The position numbers were made by a program, and so were the translations under genes. Source: Macrostomum lignano (lineage: Eukaryota). Taken from it: a stretch of DNA of 64,000 nucleotides. The stretch's first letter is position 1, and the number at the start of each line of letters is the position of its first letter. Under the pieces are notes generated by a model, which saw only the letters and a list, made by a program, of their open reading frames with translations, did no database searches and was not told where the DNA came from. Shown here piece by piece: positions 37,407-49,660 of this stretch. The stretch lies in contig NIVC01000665.1 in NCBI GenBank assembly GCA_002269645.1, forward strand, positions 124,001 through 188,000. Reading direction: 5' to 3'.

Positions 37407-38229
37407 AGCTTTGTCTAAAACTCTTTTTAGTCACAGTTCATTTACACGTTCATAAGAAGGAGGAAAGAAAGGCAGTGAACTATATTAAACTATCTTTTCA
37501 TTAACAACCAGTGCAATAACTAACTTATTACAAAATACAACTCAACTTGGATGTTCTTCAAGGCAAAGGCAACCTGATAGCGCTTACATTTGCTTAAGGC
37601 CCAAATAAACAAGCAGCCAGCATGCCAAAGCCAAGTACAAAAGTCCTGGCATTTTTCTTCTCACAAGACTGGCACACCGGAGCATTAAAACCGAAAGCCC
37701 ATTAGTCTCTATTTATTTAGCCAAGTCTTAAACTGTTGCTATTAACTAAAAGCTTTTAACATATCTTCTGTTTGCCAAACCACGAGGCTAAAAAGTGCCA
37801 AATGATGGAAGAGCATCATTTAAGTAGATAGCTAGTTGCTTGTCAAGCAAGAAATGGACTTGCATGACAATTTGCCATCTCGTATTAGTTTTGCAGAGGA
37901 CCCTACTGAGCTAAGCGTCGCCAATTGAGTAACTATTTAGTTAGAGTTGGAGACAGGGGCTGTGAGCACCCTGGCGCATTTTGAGCGACATTGTCACACA
38001 ACCGGCGAGAGGCATTACTGCCCATTCCGCCGAATCCCCTGAGCAGGCACACAAGCGCGCGGATACGTACGCAGTCATACGCACAGGCACACACTCACAC
38101 AGCGGCCCCTAACTTTGTTTATCGTTAGGCATGTACACTTCACTGCGCCTTGGGGGTTGGCCCTCAAGGCCGTTAATTGCACGAGCAGAGCCAAGCCGAG
38201 ACTCCAATTCAGCCCCAAATGAATGTGAC

Positions 38230-38295
38230 TGCACTTGGAATCGAGCCTGGGTCGCTGGCACACCAGAGCGCCGCGCTTGACCACTGGGCTCCAAC
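38230..38295 (-). mobile_element. tRNA-derived SINE head (body probably extends towards ~37960)
   Basis: Minus strand reads GCCCAGTGGTCAAGCGCGG (A-box-like) and GGCTCGATTCC (B-box-like). The nearby 37983-38032 segment is repeated at 19991-20040. Confidence 0.5.
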
Positions 38296-38701
38296 CGAGT
38301 ACTATTGAAGATTCCTAGGTTTAACGAGAGTCGATATCGATATCTTGAAAATTTAGGAACAGATCTTAAAATAGCATAAAATTTACTATTACAAGATTTG
38401 AGACTACTTAGGTGACGAACTTGACAGCCTTCACTATAAGCTGAATTGTGAATTCAAATTCACTAATTTAGTATATTATTATTGTTCAAAATAGAAAAAC
38501 GAGACTTGATACTGAAAACGAAATGCACTCGAGCTTACCGCGGTGCACAAACAAGATTTACAAATATGCTAACAAAATGCATGGTACAAAAAGCATGGTT
38601 TATGAAAAAGCTTAATGCAACTTTCTAGTCGCTCACGTGACTATAATACCGATACGGAAGGCATACTTGAGTATCAAGTGTTGAGAATACCCATCATCGA
38701 A

Positions 38702-41700
38702 TCAAAGCTCCAGTTCTTCTTCGTCCGGCTCAGCTGGCCCGTCTCCGACCGTATCCGGCGCTGTTGCTGACCGACTCTCGTGACGCCAGAACTCGCTCGC
38801 ATCAATAAGAATGCTGACAATGGTTGCGCCCTGACCGCTGTTAATTAAATCCTCAAGTCCAATCCTACAAAATTAGGAGAACGATTGAAATTAATAGAAC
38901 CCGTGTTAGTCCAGTCAATTCAGAGGTCTTTGTTACAGTACAAATGGAAAAAATACCGAATGTGATTCCGTGCTACAAGGAAGAAACCGAAAGATTCGCC
39001 CCCGATTTTGTGGGAATGGCGTGAATATAATAATTAGTGAGCGCCGTCAGGCGGTTGTGGAGTGTCATGTGCCCCGAGGTGGTGGCTGTTGTGGAGTATT
39101 ATGTGCCCCAAGGTGGTGGCTGTTGTGGAGTATTATGTGCCCCGAGGTGGTGGCTGTTGTGGAGTATTATGTGCCCTGACGTCAGTGACGTGGTGGCTGT
39201 TGTGGAGTATTATGTGCCCCAAGGTGGTGGCTGTTGTGGAGTATTATGTGCCCCAAGGTGGTGGCTGTTGTGGAGTATTATGTGCCCCGAGGTGGTGGCT
39301 GTTGTGGAGTATTATGTGCCCCGAGGTGGTGGCTGTTGTGGAGTATTATGTGCCCTGACGTCAGTGACGTGGTGGCTGTTGTGGAGTATTATGTGCCCCG
39401 AGGTGGTGGCTGTTGTGGAGTATTATGTGCCCTGACGTCAGTGACGTGGTGGCTGTTGATGAGTATTATGTGCCCCAAGGTGGTGGCTGTTGATGGAGTA
39501 TTATGTGCCCCGAGGTTGTGGCTGTTGATGGAGTATTATGTGCCCCAAGGTGGTGGCTGTTGATGAGTATTATATGCCCCAAGGTGGTGGCTGTTGATGG
39601 AGTATTATGTGCCCCAAGGTGGTGGCTGTTGATGAGTATTATGTGCCCCAAGGTGGTAGCTGTTGATGAAGTATAATGTGCCCCAAGGTGGTGGCTGTTG
39701 ATGAAGTATTATGTGCCCCAAGGTGGTGGCTGTTGATGAGTATTATGTGCCCCAAGGTGGTGGCTGTTGATGAGTATTATGTGCCCCAAGGTGGTGGCTG
39801 TTGATGAGTATTATGTGCCCCAAGGTGGTGGCTGTTGATGAGTATTATGTGCCCCAAGGTGGTGGCTGTTGATGAGTATTATGTGCCCCAAGGTGGTGGC
39901 TGTTGATGAGTATTATGTGCCCCAAGGTGGTGGCTGTTGATGAGTATTGCTACATGAGGTGGCAGTGGTAGGTACAGCAAAGCAAGACAAGCACAAGAAC
40001 ACGGAATAAAGAAAGGTCATCCGCTTTTTCTTAGCAGTTACCTGCAAGGATCGGCCGGTCTCGCCATATCAAAAATCTCGTCCATTAGGTCTGGCAGCCT
40101 CGGCGGCTCAACGCCGTGCGAACGCAGACGACGCTGCAGGCCGCGGTAGAAATAGTTGACTGACCAGGCGGTGATGGCGCCGCAGCTGTCAATATCAAGG
40201 ATGCGGAAGAAATAGCTAAGCGACTGGGGAGCGGACCGGCACTCCATGGCCAGACAGAAATCCAGGTAGGCCTGGTAGTCCATCTCGCCATTGAGAGTAA
40301 CGCAAGTCTGAAACAGCCGGTCCAGAAACGCGTCAGTCAGGGAGCCGGCGCCGTAGCCAGCCAGCTCCGTTTTGCTCAGCAATCCGTTAGCGTCTTTGTC
40401 CAGAGCGAGGAACGATCCGTAGAGCCGCAGGGTTTTATAGGCGCTAAACCAGTTGGTTTTGGACGGAGACGAAGTCTCTACTTGCAGCTCGGCGAAATCG
40501 TCCAGAAACGAACTGGTCAGAATGTCGAAGATCCGGACGCGACCGGTGCGCAATGGGTCGAGGAAGAAGACAAACTTGCGCACCGCAGTGCAAACGTAGT
40601 AGCTGTAAAACAGTTTGTCCAGCTTGCGCAGCTGATACAGCGTTGGTATCAGATTGGTAACGTAGTTCTCCAGATCCGATTCGCTTAGAGACCCGTCTCC
40701 GGAAAAGTCGTAAAGCGACAGACAAACTCGAGTCTGCAGCAGCCAAGTCTTCCTGGAGATAAACTCGTATAAGTGATCCGTGCTCACTCTGCCCAGTGGA
40801 TCGGCCTGCAGCAGCTTGAAGAAGAGACTGGGCGACAGGAGTTTTGAGCACTTCGGCCCGGCAGCTTTGCACACTTTCAAATAATCGAGATAGTTGATGA
40901 ACCGCTCTCCATCGGCTGAGTCTGGTAGAGTTCGGTGAGCTACAAGCAGGTGCCAGATAGTCTGTTGAGAAAAAATATGCCAATCTATTTTTCATAAGTT
41001 TGCACTGCCAAGTCCAATAATTTGAAAAAAAACGCTTTTTTAGAAAATGTGAAGACGGATAGACAAAGAAGGACGGGACGGTAAGAGGCGGAAAGAACAA
41101 GTCTCGACAGATGAAATAGTCAAAGTCAAGTCTTCGGAAGAGATCGTCAACTGAAGAGTTATCCATCGCTCCCTTTGTACATCAGTTGCATGACTTGATG
41201 GCTCATCTAAAATAGACCAGCCTTTATTGTTTGCCAATATAGGTAGCGCGCACTGGCTCTGCGGTTAAGACCAGCTGGAAACAAGTAAGGATTCATAAAC
41301 TGGTCCTGGCCAAGCTCACACACGGGCGCAGGTATCCGCAAGATTAATTCACGTGCATTGTGCACGCGATATCTGACTGAGCCCCCCCCCCCTAAAGCAT
41401 TACAAACCAATTAGGCAATTTTACATCAAACTGCAATCGTCACCTTCAATTCCTCGCTATTCAACAGTTCGCCGCACTTTCTCTGCAGATGAGCAGCCCG
41501 AGCCTCTTTGACTAGGCGAGCGCGCAGCTCGGTGCCCAATTCGGTGGTCTGCATTCTGTGCCTGGGCCGGCACAGCGCTGACATGCAGACGTCGGTAGCA
41601 GTACGATTAAACAAATCCCCAGCCATCTGCTGGTAGTGCTTGTTAAAGAGCCTGGCCTCCTCCTTAGGATTGACAGCCTTCATCACAGATCTGTTGCCAG

Positions 41701-42568
41701 CAGCTATCTCTGACGCCATAGCAACCCGTTGAAGACGCAGCTTCAGGCTGCTGCAATCCGTGTAACTGCTGAGTAGTGTCTGAAATTGGTCGTTGCAGCT
41801 CACTGTTAAATACTGAGCCAATTACAGAATGAGCCAAGGAACTTCAAAATTAGAAGGATTAGAAAAAAACGTTTAGAACCACATTCACTACTAATATTAA
41901 CTACTAAAAGTAACATGATAGCGCCGAATACATCTAGTCGAAGGTAAGAAGAAAAAAGAAGAAGTGACTGCTTTGTACGAGTGTCTACTATAATTTTAAG
42001 GAAAGGACGAATTACATTATCACGAAAAGCAAAAGACCAACGGGTTCAATACGTTTCCGATTGGTTAGGGCTAAGGTAAGAAAGATTAGGGTTAGCGTTC
42101 AACCATAAAAGATTATAGGCTCATGGGGAATTGCTGAGATGTCAAGACGTATGGGGGGAATCGCTGAAATGCTTGGCTCATGGGGGTTGTTGCCAAAGCT
42201 CATAGGAGATCTGATATCTTAGGCTAGATAGCTGGCTTTCAGAGTGAATGCATATTTACTTTAAACATAACTTATCTTGAAAAATTAATAAAGGCGATTA
42301 TACAAAGTCAAAACCTACATTTAGTTTATTCAAAAAAATAATATTTCTTTCCTTGTTGTCGCCCCAACGGGGACGCAGATTGCTAGTTCTCAACAGCTAA
42401 AACAGTTCCTCAACGGTTGAGAGCCACACTCGAATACTTGAGATTCTTACCTTCTACTGGCCTGGAGGAAAGAAACAGCTGACTAACTGCTGCCCATAAA
42501 ACGAGCAAAAGAGCAAGCTTTATGCCGTAATACATTTTGAGCATTCTTAAGGGTACTGTGACTTACAT
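38702..42568 (-). CDS. PPP2R3C: PP2A regulatory subunit B'' gamma (EF-hand protein)
   Basis: Exons: ...-42567 (ends AT), micro-exon 42461-42451, 41802-41444, 40961-40042, 38864-38702. Motifs ARAAHLQRKCGELLNSEELK, TIWHLL, YYVCTAVRKFVFFLDPLRTG, TNWFSA, GEMDYQAYLDF, DEIFDM, EDLINSGQG. The two 5'-most exons are less certain. Confidence 0.92.
39050..39950. repeat. 34/35-bp minisatellite (TGTTGATGAGTATTATGTGCCCCAAGGTGGTGGC), PPP2R3C last intron
   Basis: Read directly; three units carry CTGACGTCAG. Confidence 0.95.
41930..42386 (+). mobile_element. Short Helitron-like element (second subfamily); 5' boundary approximate
   Basis: 3' end GTCGCCCC-AAC-GGGGACGC-AGATTG-CTAG. Internal GGGGAATTGCTGAGATGTC is shared with 63196-63350 on the opposite strand. 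Confidence 0.55.
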
Positions 42569-43005
42569 GCCTGCTGTTGTAAAGAGTTCTGTAGCGCTGT
42601 TAGGCTTAAAATTTGGGTGGGGCCTGAGTAGTTTTACTGCTTGCCACAAGGAAAAAAACTTCAAGAAGTCTTTGGTTGGGATTGAGAAATTAAGAAGCGA
42701 GGCGTGTGCTTGCTTAGTAGTAAAAAGGGAAGACGAGACGCAACAGTCCCTGCGTTGCTGAGCTAAATTCAACGACTCGTGAATCCACTCACAGCCCCCC
42801 CCACAGCCCGCGCCAACCCTGATCCGACCCCACCCTGCACAGCTGTGATCGGTGTGTAGGGGAAAATCAATCGGCAGCATCAGGAAGAGGACCAAGTGGG
42901 ACGTGGAATCGATTTAAGCGCAAGCGCACACAAGGGGCGGTACCCGCATTCTCGGCTGTTCCGACTGCAGGCATTTAAAGTAAACTTGCACAGGGGAAGG
43001 CCGGA

Positions 43006-46000
43006 ATGCAATCCAAACGAGGGACGGGCAGGCCAGCCAGCGCCGCAATGACAAGCAACTTCAAACTGGCCAGGCGGTGGCCGCAGAACCCGCCACCAGT
43101 GCCTAAAAAGCCCTCAATTGAATTCCAAGAGAAGCAGAGACGCTTCGAGCAGAGAGCGGCAATGGAGGGCCAGCAGCAGACGGCTATTCCGCCACCGCCA
43201 CCGGGGCCGCCACCACCGCCGCCACCGCCACCAGTAGGGTACAACGATGCAGACCGGTTCTACGTAGCCAGCCCGCCGCCTAGTGAGAACTCGCTAGTTG
43301 TCGATCACCAGGAAATGGAGCCGCACCAACAGAAATTCAGCAGCCGGCCAGGAAATGATCCGTTGAATTCGGCATGGTTGAGCAAGAAATTGGACAAGAT
43401 AGACGAGAAGCAAAAAGATTCGGCCAAATTGCCGACGAACGCACAGACGGACACAAAAGACCTGCCAAACAATGAAGAGAATCGCAGGCGAAAGATGGAA
43501 GAACAATTGGGCGATTTGAAGGCCGAGAACCGAGCCAAAACACGCGAGTTGAAGACCAACAAGTACATCGAGAACGAAATGAACAGGAAACTTAAAACTG
43601 CAGATGATGCCTACGTGTTGCGTCATACTGTGAAGGACAAGGACCGGCTCATCAACAATCAGGAGAAGATAATTGCTGAGCTCACTGCAGAAAATGCTAA
43701 ATTAGCAGAAGACCTTGCCGAGCGAGACCGGCAGGTTTTTCAGCTGCAGTCCGAAGTCGACAACCTAGACAGGGTTATAGTAGCCAAGAAGGCACTCAAG
43801 GAGGCTGAGCGGTTGCAAGCAGTGGGCGAAGATTTGGACAAGGCAAAGGACGATCTGGCAAATGCAAACTTTGAAATCGAAACGGCTAGAAATGAGTTGA
43901 AGAATGTTCAGAGTGTTGTCGCTAGAAAAGACAGAGAAATAAAAAGCAAAAATGATCATATCGAACAGCTGACAAAACAGCTGACTCAAGCGGAAACTAA
44001 AATTGCGGGATTAGAGAACGAAAAATTAGTGGCCGACAACCACAGCAAAGCAGCTAATCGAGAGGCAAAGCTTCTTAAAGAGCAAAATGATAAACTAGTG
44101 GACTTCAAAGAGCGATGCAACAACTTGGAGGAAGAAAATGCGTACATGGCCGAAGCTATTCGAACACTAGAAGCCAAAATACTGCAGCTAGAATCTATCA
44201 AACATGACAAGGAAGTGCTTGATGACCTAGTGCACGACTTGAAGTCCGCGCTGAAGGATAAGAACCAGATTGCCAAGGACAGGCGTAATCTGATGATTGA
44301 AACGCAGCAGCTAAGAGACCTGCTTCGAGAGAAAACTGTAGATGAGGAAGCCTTGCAGAAGGAGCTATACAAGCTAAAGGGTGTGCTAAGCGAGCTGGAA
44401 AAAGAGAACAACTTTTACAGAGACCTGGACGTCGACTTTCGACGACTCAAACAAAAATACGAGGAGATAGAAAGAGAACGGTTCAAGAACGAGCTGGTAC
44501 TGGCAAAACTGAGGCCGAGAGTTGAGCGGCTTCAGAATCGCTGCAAAGAAAAGGACGACCTCATACGCAGACTAGCTAATGAGCTTAGATCAGGTGGCGA
44601 TCGTTATCCAAGGGACCTGCTACAAGAGGCTGATAGGAATCAGAACAGCGCACTGAATGACTATATCGACATGGACGACTACCTGGACGGCGAACCACTA
44701 TCCGCTCAAGTGAGACGATCTAGGGATAGGCGTCCGCACGCAAGTGCTCATGCTCAACGATCTCCGATGGCGGCATACGAACCCGCCAAAGGCTCGCGAA
44801 AGGCTTCAAAATCGCCGTCGCGAGGGTATGAACAGGATCGAGCACCATCGCGGCCGCCCGAAAGATACAGCTACGGCCAGCAGCAACCGGAACGCCACTT
44901 TCCTAGTAGAGAATTTCCCGAAACTGAAGAGCCGAGAAGAGCTCAACACCAGCAGAACAGCCAACAACCAACAAGTAGTGGTAGAGATCCACAGAGAAAC
45001 GGAGAAAATTATGATAATCCGGCCAGACAGCAGCCCCAAAGAAAGGAGCACAGCAATTCTAGACTCCCGCCACCAACCGCTTGGGAGATTCCCAGAAACG
45101 AGAGTTCTCCACAAAATGTTCCAGAAGCCAGGACAAACGATGGAGTCTACGAGGAAACAATTCGACCAACAAAAAGAGAAGACGAAGAGGCCAGGAAACA
45201 ACCTCGAGGTTACGATCCGACTCGCCTAGCCGATAGGGACGATCCGCATCAATACGCGCGCGAACAGCCAGTTCGTCAGTATCCGAATCATTCGGAGCCT
45301 AATGCGCAACCAGGTGCTTACGAACCTTCAATACAACGCGGTTATCAAGAACCGAACCAGAGAGACGCGGAAGGTGGTCGGAAGCCTGATTTGACCCGCA
45401 ATGAGACGTACCCCGTGCTGGACCAACGGCAGTCTCCGGTGGACAACGGCAGAATGCCTTATTCGGCAGAAAAATCTCCGGCATACCAGGAACTACATCA
45501 ACCGAACGAACACAATCAGCTGTTGGATCATCAAAACCAGCATCAGCAAGCCATACCGCAGCACATGGATCCTCCTGTGAATGTACGAGCCCAGTATGTG
45601 CCGGACAGCGGCAACCTACAAATAGAGTGGGACATCCCTGCGCTTGACGAACTAGACAGGAGTAATGGAGTTGTAGTGGCTGGCTACAAAATCTTCGTTA
45701 ACGGCACGGAGCAGCAGCCCGTGGTGAGTTCTCGCGTCACCAAGTCTATTGTGCCGAGATCAGCATTGGGCGAAGTGGACGTCAATGCGCTTAGAATAAG
45801 CGTGCAATCTTACAGCTACGACGGAGATACCTCGGACAAGGCCAACATAAGCGTGCCGCCTCCGTCTCCACGCCCGGTGGTGGAAAACAATAGTGAACAA
45901 CAACGCGAGCCAACACCAACAGCCCCGTTGACTGTGGAGGTAGAGCAACCGACCCAGCATCAACCGGCCAACAATGATCCACCGATGGACAGCAACAAGC

Positions 46001-46365
46001 CAACGAATCAAGATCCTTCTAGTGACAGGCCAGCATCTCCTGAGCAGCAGCAACAGCAGAAGCAGCCGGTGTCATCGGCTGAGGCACCCGAAGAAGACCG
46101 TTTCCGCACGCGCGACAACTCGCCAGCAGGCGCGGCCGCTCGTCTAGGCCTCCCGCCACCGTCTCCGCAGTCGTTCGTGCGCAAGGCGCTGTACGACTAC
46201 CAGCCTAGTCAGCACTCGCCATCCACGTTTCCTCCATTCGAGCTGGAACTGCACCGGGGTGACGATGTCCAAACCTTTGGACCGGTCAGGCCGGACGGGA
46301 TGTACAATGCGGAGGTGAACGGCAAGAGAGGACTGGTGCCAGCGCAGTATCTGAAGCTCAACTAG
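43006..46365 (+). CDS. RIM-binding-protein-like protein: polyproline, long coiled coil, one FN3 and one C-terminal SH3; intronless
   Basis: 1119-aa ORF. FN3 (PPVNVRAQ...LQIEWDIP...VVVAGYKIFVNG) and an SH3 with the RIM-BP-type insertion (ALYDYQPSQHSP...ELELHRGD...DGMYNAEVNGKRGLVP). Confidence 0.8.
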   Translation: MQSKRGTGRPASAAMTSNFKLARRWPQNPPPVPKKPSIEFQEKQRRFEQRAAMEGQQQTAIPPPPPGPPPPPPPPPVGYNDADRFYVASPPPSENSLVVDHQEMEPHQQKFSSRPGNDPLNSAWLSKKLDKIDEKQKDSAKLPTNAQTDTKDLPNNEENRRRKMEEQLGDLKAENRAKTRELKTNKYIENEMNRKLKTADDAYVLRHTVKDKDRLINNQEKIIAELTAENAKLAEDLAERDRQVFQLQSEVDNLDRVIVAKKALKEAERLQAVGEDLDKAKDDLANANFEIETARNELKNVQSVVARKDREIKSKNDHIEQLTKQLTQAETKIAGLENEKLVADNHSKAANREAKLLKEQNDKLVDFKERCNNLEEENAYMAEAIRTLEAKILQLESIKHDKEVLDDLVHDLKSALKDKNQIAKDRRNLMIETQQLRDLLREKTVDEEALQKELYKLKGVLSELEKENNFYRDLDVDFRRLKQKYEEIERERFKNELVLAKLRPRVERLQNRCKEKDDLIRRLANELRSGGDRYPRDLLQEADRNQNSALNDYIDMDDYLDGEPLSAQVRRSRDRRPHASAHAQRSPMAAYEPAKGSRKASKSPSRGYEQDRAPSRPPERYSYGQQQPERHFPSREFPETEEPRRAQHQQNSQQPTSSGRDPQRNGENYDNPARQQPQRKEHSNSRLPPPTAWEIPRNESSPQNVPEARTNDGVYEETIRPTKREDEEARKQPRGYDPTRLADRDDPHQYAREQPVRQYPNHSEPNAQPGAYEPSIQRGYQEPNQRDAEGGRKPDLTRNETYPVLDQRQSPVDNGRMPYSAEKSPAYQELHQPNEHNQLLDHQNQHQQAIPQHMDPPVNVRAQYVPDSGNLQIEWDIPALDELDRSNGVVVAGYKIFVNGTEQQPVVSSRVTKSIVPRSALGEVDVNALRISVQSYSYDGDTSDKANISVPPPSPRPVVENNSEQQREPTPTAPLTVEVEQPTQHQPANNDPPMDSNKPTNQDPSSDRPASPEQQQQQKQPVSSAEAPEEDRFRTRDNSPAGAAARLGLPPPSPQSFVRKALYDYQPSQHSPSTFPPFELELHRGDDVQTFGPVRPDGMYNAEVNGKRGLVPAQYLKLN

Positions 46366-47717
46366 ACTAATGGTATGCGAGCCTACAGTAAGAAAGCTTT
46401 GAAAGAAAGAAATCAAGGAAGATATCGAGTTAACAATAAATCACATTTCTTTCCTATTAAAGTACCCAAAGTCTTCCATTGTTAACGAATTCCCTCTCTT
46501 ATAGCTACCTGGCTAATATTAATATTTTTATGAATGCATGCATGCCAGTGAAATTTTATAATTGTGGCGGTACAGTTTCTCAGCAGCTATTGGTACGGGT
46601 TGTACAGTAGCGGCACTTCATACCGTACGATGCCAAGCCGTAAAAGCAGCGGTGCTGCTAAGCTATAAGCCCAGTTTCCTACTCACTGTTTTGTGCATTA
46701 CCTCACTGTCTAGAATGGTAAATAATGCTTTAATATATCAACGCTTAGCCTATGTGAAACGATATTATTTTACTCATTTATTTAAGGTAAAGTTTGCAGA
46801 ATTATACTTTTTTATTTAATAGTACAATCGATTATATAATAAATAAACGCTACATTTGTTAAGAGTACCTTGTTATTAATATTTTCTATTTTATTATTTA
46901 CTAAAAGTAAACCAAACTGTAAACAAGAAACTAATAATATTAAGACTTGATTACAAGTGATTAAGTAAAAACACATGAAAGATGGATTCGATCAAAATTG
47001 GCGTAGCATGCATGCGTGTTTATTTGGTGTATTTTGTTGACAGATCAATCTACAATAGCTCGGTTAATAACGGTAGTATTTTTAACCCTAGAGCGATGGA
47101 TGTCCTATTCTATGACATTAAAATGTTCAAAGCAGGAACCACCCAAGTAAAGACGGGAAACCTCCTTTCTTGGAAAGTTTTAGGAGGCAGGCTTTTCCGA
47201 AAAAATACACTACGGAGATGGAAGTTTTCATTTTTTCAGCACAAAAATTGTGTTATTGCTTTCGGTAGGAGGCAGACCTAATGTTTTTCTTTTGATATGT
47301 TTTGCCTTTCTTATAGCTCTATTAATATTCATATTTTGTTCAGGAAATTAGCGTACTATGTTAATTTTTATTCTTTGTACATTCCCTGTACCCAGAAATA
47401 ATAAAAACGCATGGCACAGATCGACTCTTAACTTTGGTTTCATAAATCTATTTTATCATCTGTTACACGTATTGTTACACAGTCAGCTAAGAATGAAAAA
47501 ATTGATTCATAAAACCAATGAGCTGAACCGAACCGAATCGAAAGCAATAAAAATTTTTGTGCTTAAAAAAAGAAAACTTCCTATCTCCGTAGTGTATTTT
47601 TCGGAGAAACGAGGTTTATCGTCCTTCTAAGGACTTGAGCAGTCCTTGATTCGAAAGTGTAGAAAGAAAAGCTAAACACAAAATTGCGGTTAACATTGAG
47701 TCAACTAGACAAAGACG

Positions 47718-48380
47718 TCATTTTTTCGGCAATACGAACCGACCGTGCCGGTTTACTTCGGGTTCGCCTAGCGCCTTTGGCGGCGTTGGAAACCTCGCCA
47801 ATAGCGCGTTGATCTGCGGCGCCGCCAGCCTGCCGCCAACGCTGCGGCCAGTTTCCGGTTTCTTAATCAGCTCCTTTCGTCGGCGTCGTTTCGCTTCTTC
47901 AACTTCTACGCAGCGTTGGAAGGTGCCAATCTGAGCTGTGCACCTGCGCTGGTTGTAGTCGGCGCCGTTGAGGCACTCCAATAGGCTGAGCATCTCGTTC
48001 ACGCAGACGGCTCGGAGGCCTTTCTCGCCGCGGCCGGAAACGACGTTTCTCAAAGCTGGATGGCGGAGGAACACCGTCGGAAAGGTGCGGGCGATGTCCT
48101 CGCGTACGGCTTTGGACAGCGGCTTTGTGTCGATGCTGACATTCTGCAGCTCCTCTTCTTGCCGCTGCTGCTGCTTCTGACTACTGGCTGGCATGCCAGC
48201 ACCAGTAGCATTTGTAGCAGCGGTCTGTTCAACAGTCTTCTTTAACAATTTGCTTCCAGCGCTAGCGGCCGCTTTGCCGCCAGAAGATGCTGCGGAAGAC
48301 ATCCGGGATTTGTATTGGTCTGACTGGATTGAGGATGCGGCAGCTCGGGCTGGAATGCGCAATGGGATGAATTTGTCCAT
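47718..48380 (-). CDS. CHCHD1: CHCH domain protein 1 / mitochondrial ribosomal protein mS37
   Basis: Twin CX9C (CVNEMLSLLEC; CTAQIGTFQRC) and C-terminal INALLARFP, as in CHCHD1. First ATG at 48380; the ORF track starts at an upstream GTG. Confidence 0.8.
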   Translation of the reverse strand: MDKFIPLRIPARAAASSIQSDQYKSRMSSAASSGGKAAASAGSKLLKKTVEQTAATNATGAGMPASSQKQQQRQEEELQNVSIDTKPLSKAVREDIARTFPTVFLRHPALRNVVSGRGEKGLRAVCVNEMLSLLECLNGADYNQRRCTAQIGTFQRCVEVEEAKRRRRKELIKKPETGRSVGGRLAAPQINALLARFPTPPKALGEPEVNRHGRFVLPKK

Positions 48381-48524
48381 GATCCCATCACTCACTAGTT
48401 AAATATTATTTAACGTAAACGAGCAAAGTGGATTAGAATTCAAAACACACAAATATGACACAAAACAATGAAACTATTGATTCGCACAAGTTAGTCCATA
48501 ATTTTACAGTAATCAGTCTTTCCT

Positions 48525-49435
48525 AGATCTACAATCCCCACAATACACAGTCCATACATCTACAATCCCCACAATACACAGTCCATATATCTACAATCCC
48601 CACAATACACAGTCCATATATCTACAATCCCCACAATACACAGTCCATATATCTACAATCCCCACAATACACAGTCCATACATCTACAATCCCCACAATA
48701 CACAGTCCATAGATCTACAATCCCTCAATACACAGTCCATATATCTACAATCCCCACAATACACAGTCCATAGATCTACAATCCCTCAATACACAGTCCA
48801 TATATCTACAATCCCCACAATACACAGTCCATAGATCTACAATCCCCTCAATACACAGTCCATATATCTACAATCCCCACAATACACAGTCCATACATCT
48901 ACAATCCCCACAATACACAGTTCATAGATCTACAATCCCCACAATACACAGTCCATAGATCTACAATCCCCTCAATACACAGTCCATATATCTACAATCC
49001 CCACAATACACAGTCCATACATCTACAATCCCCACAATACACAGTTCATAGATCTACAATCCCCACAATACACAGTCCATAGATCTACAATCCCCTCAAT
49101 ACACAGTCCATATATCTACAATCCCCACAATACACAGTCCATACATCTACAATCCCCACAATACACAGTCCATAGATCTACAATCCCTCAATACACAGTC
49201 CATAGATCTACAATCCCCTCAATACACAGTCCATATATCTACAATCCCCACAATACACAGTCCATACATCTACAATCCCCACAATACACAGTCCATAGAT
49301 CTACAATCCCTCAATACACAGTCCATATATCTACAATCCCCACAATACACAGTCCATATATCTACAATCCCCACAATACACAGTCCATATATCTACAATC
49401 CCCACAATACACAGTCCATATATCTACAATCCCTC
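48525..49435. repeat. 31-bp intergenic minisatellite (ATCTACAATCCCCACAATACACAGTCCATAT)
   Basis: About 29 units between the POLR3C 3' end and the CHCHD1 start. Confidence 0.95.
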
Positions 49436-49660
49436 AGTTTGACACTTAAATCGTTTAAAATTGTTTGATAAATTAAAGAAATAAATTTAAACGGACTCAG
49501 AAAAAATTAATTTGCGAAATGCTTAGCAAACAAGGCAATGTGTATTTTTTGCTTGAGCAGACAAAAATTACGTCATAATTAAGTGACCTGACACTCGTGA
49601 CTGCATAAATCCACTATACTAAGAAGCAAACAAACTTGAATTTTAGAGTTTGCTGTTTAA

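Noticed and set aside
38230-38295. Functional tRNA gene
   Set aside because: Only A/B-box-like motifs; no convincing cloverleaf or acceptor stem. Treated as a SINE head.
41040-41237. Extra PPP2R3C exon (WSILDE)
   Set aside because: The acceptor at 40961 already supplies TIWHLL in phase 0, so no additional exon is needed.
48525-49435. CRISPR-like appearance of 28-35-bp repeats (here and elsewhere)
   Set aside because: Units are contiguous with no unique spacers, there are no cas genes, and the context is eukaryotic.
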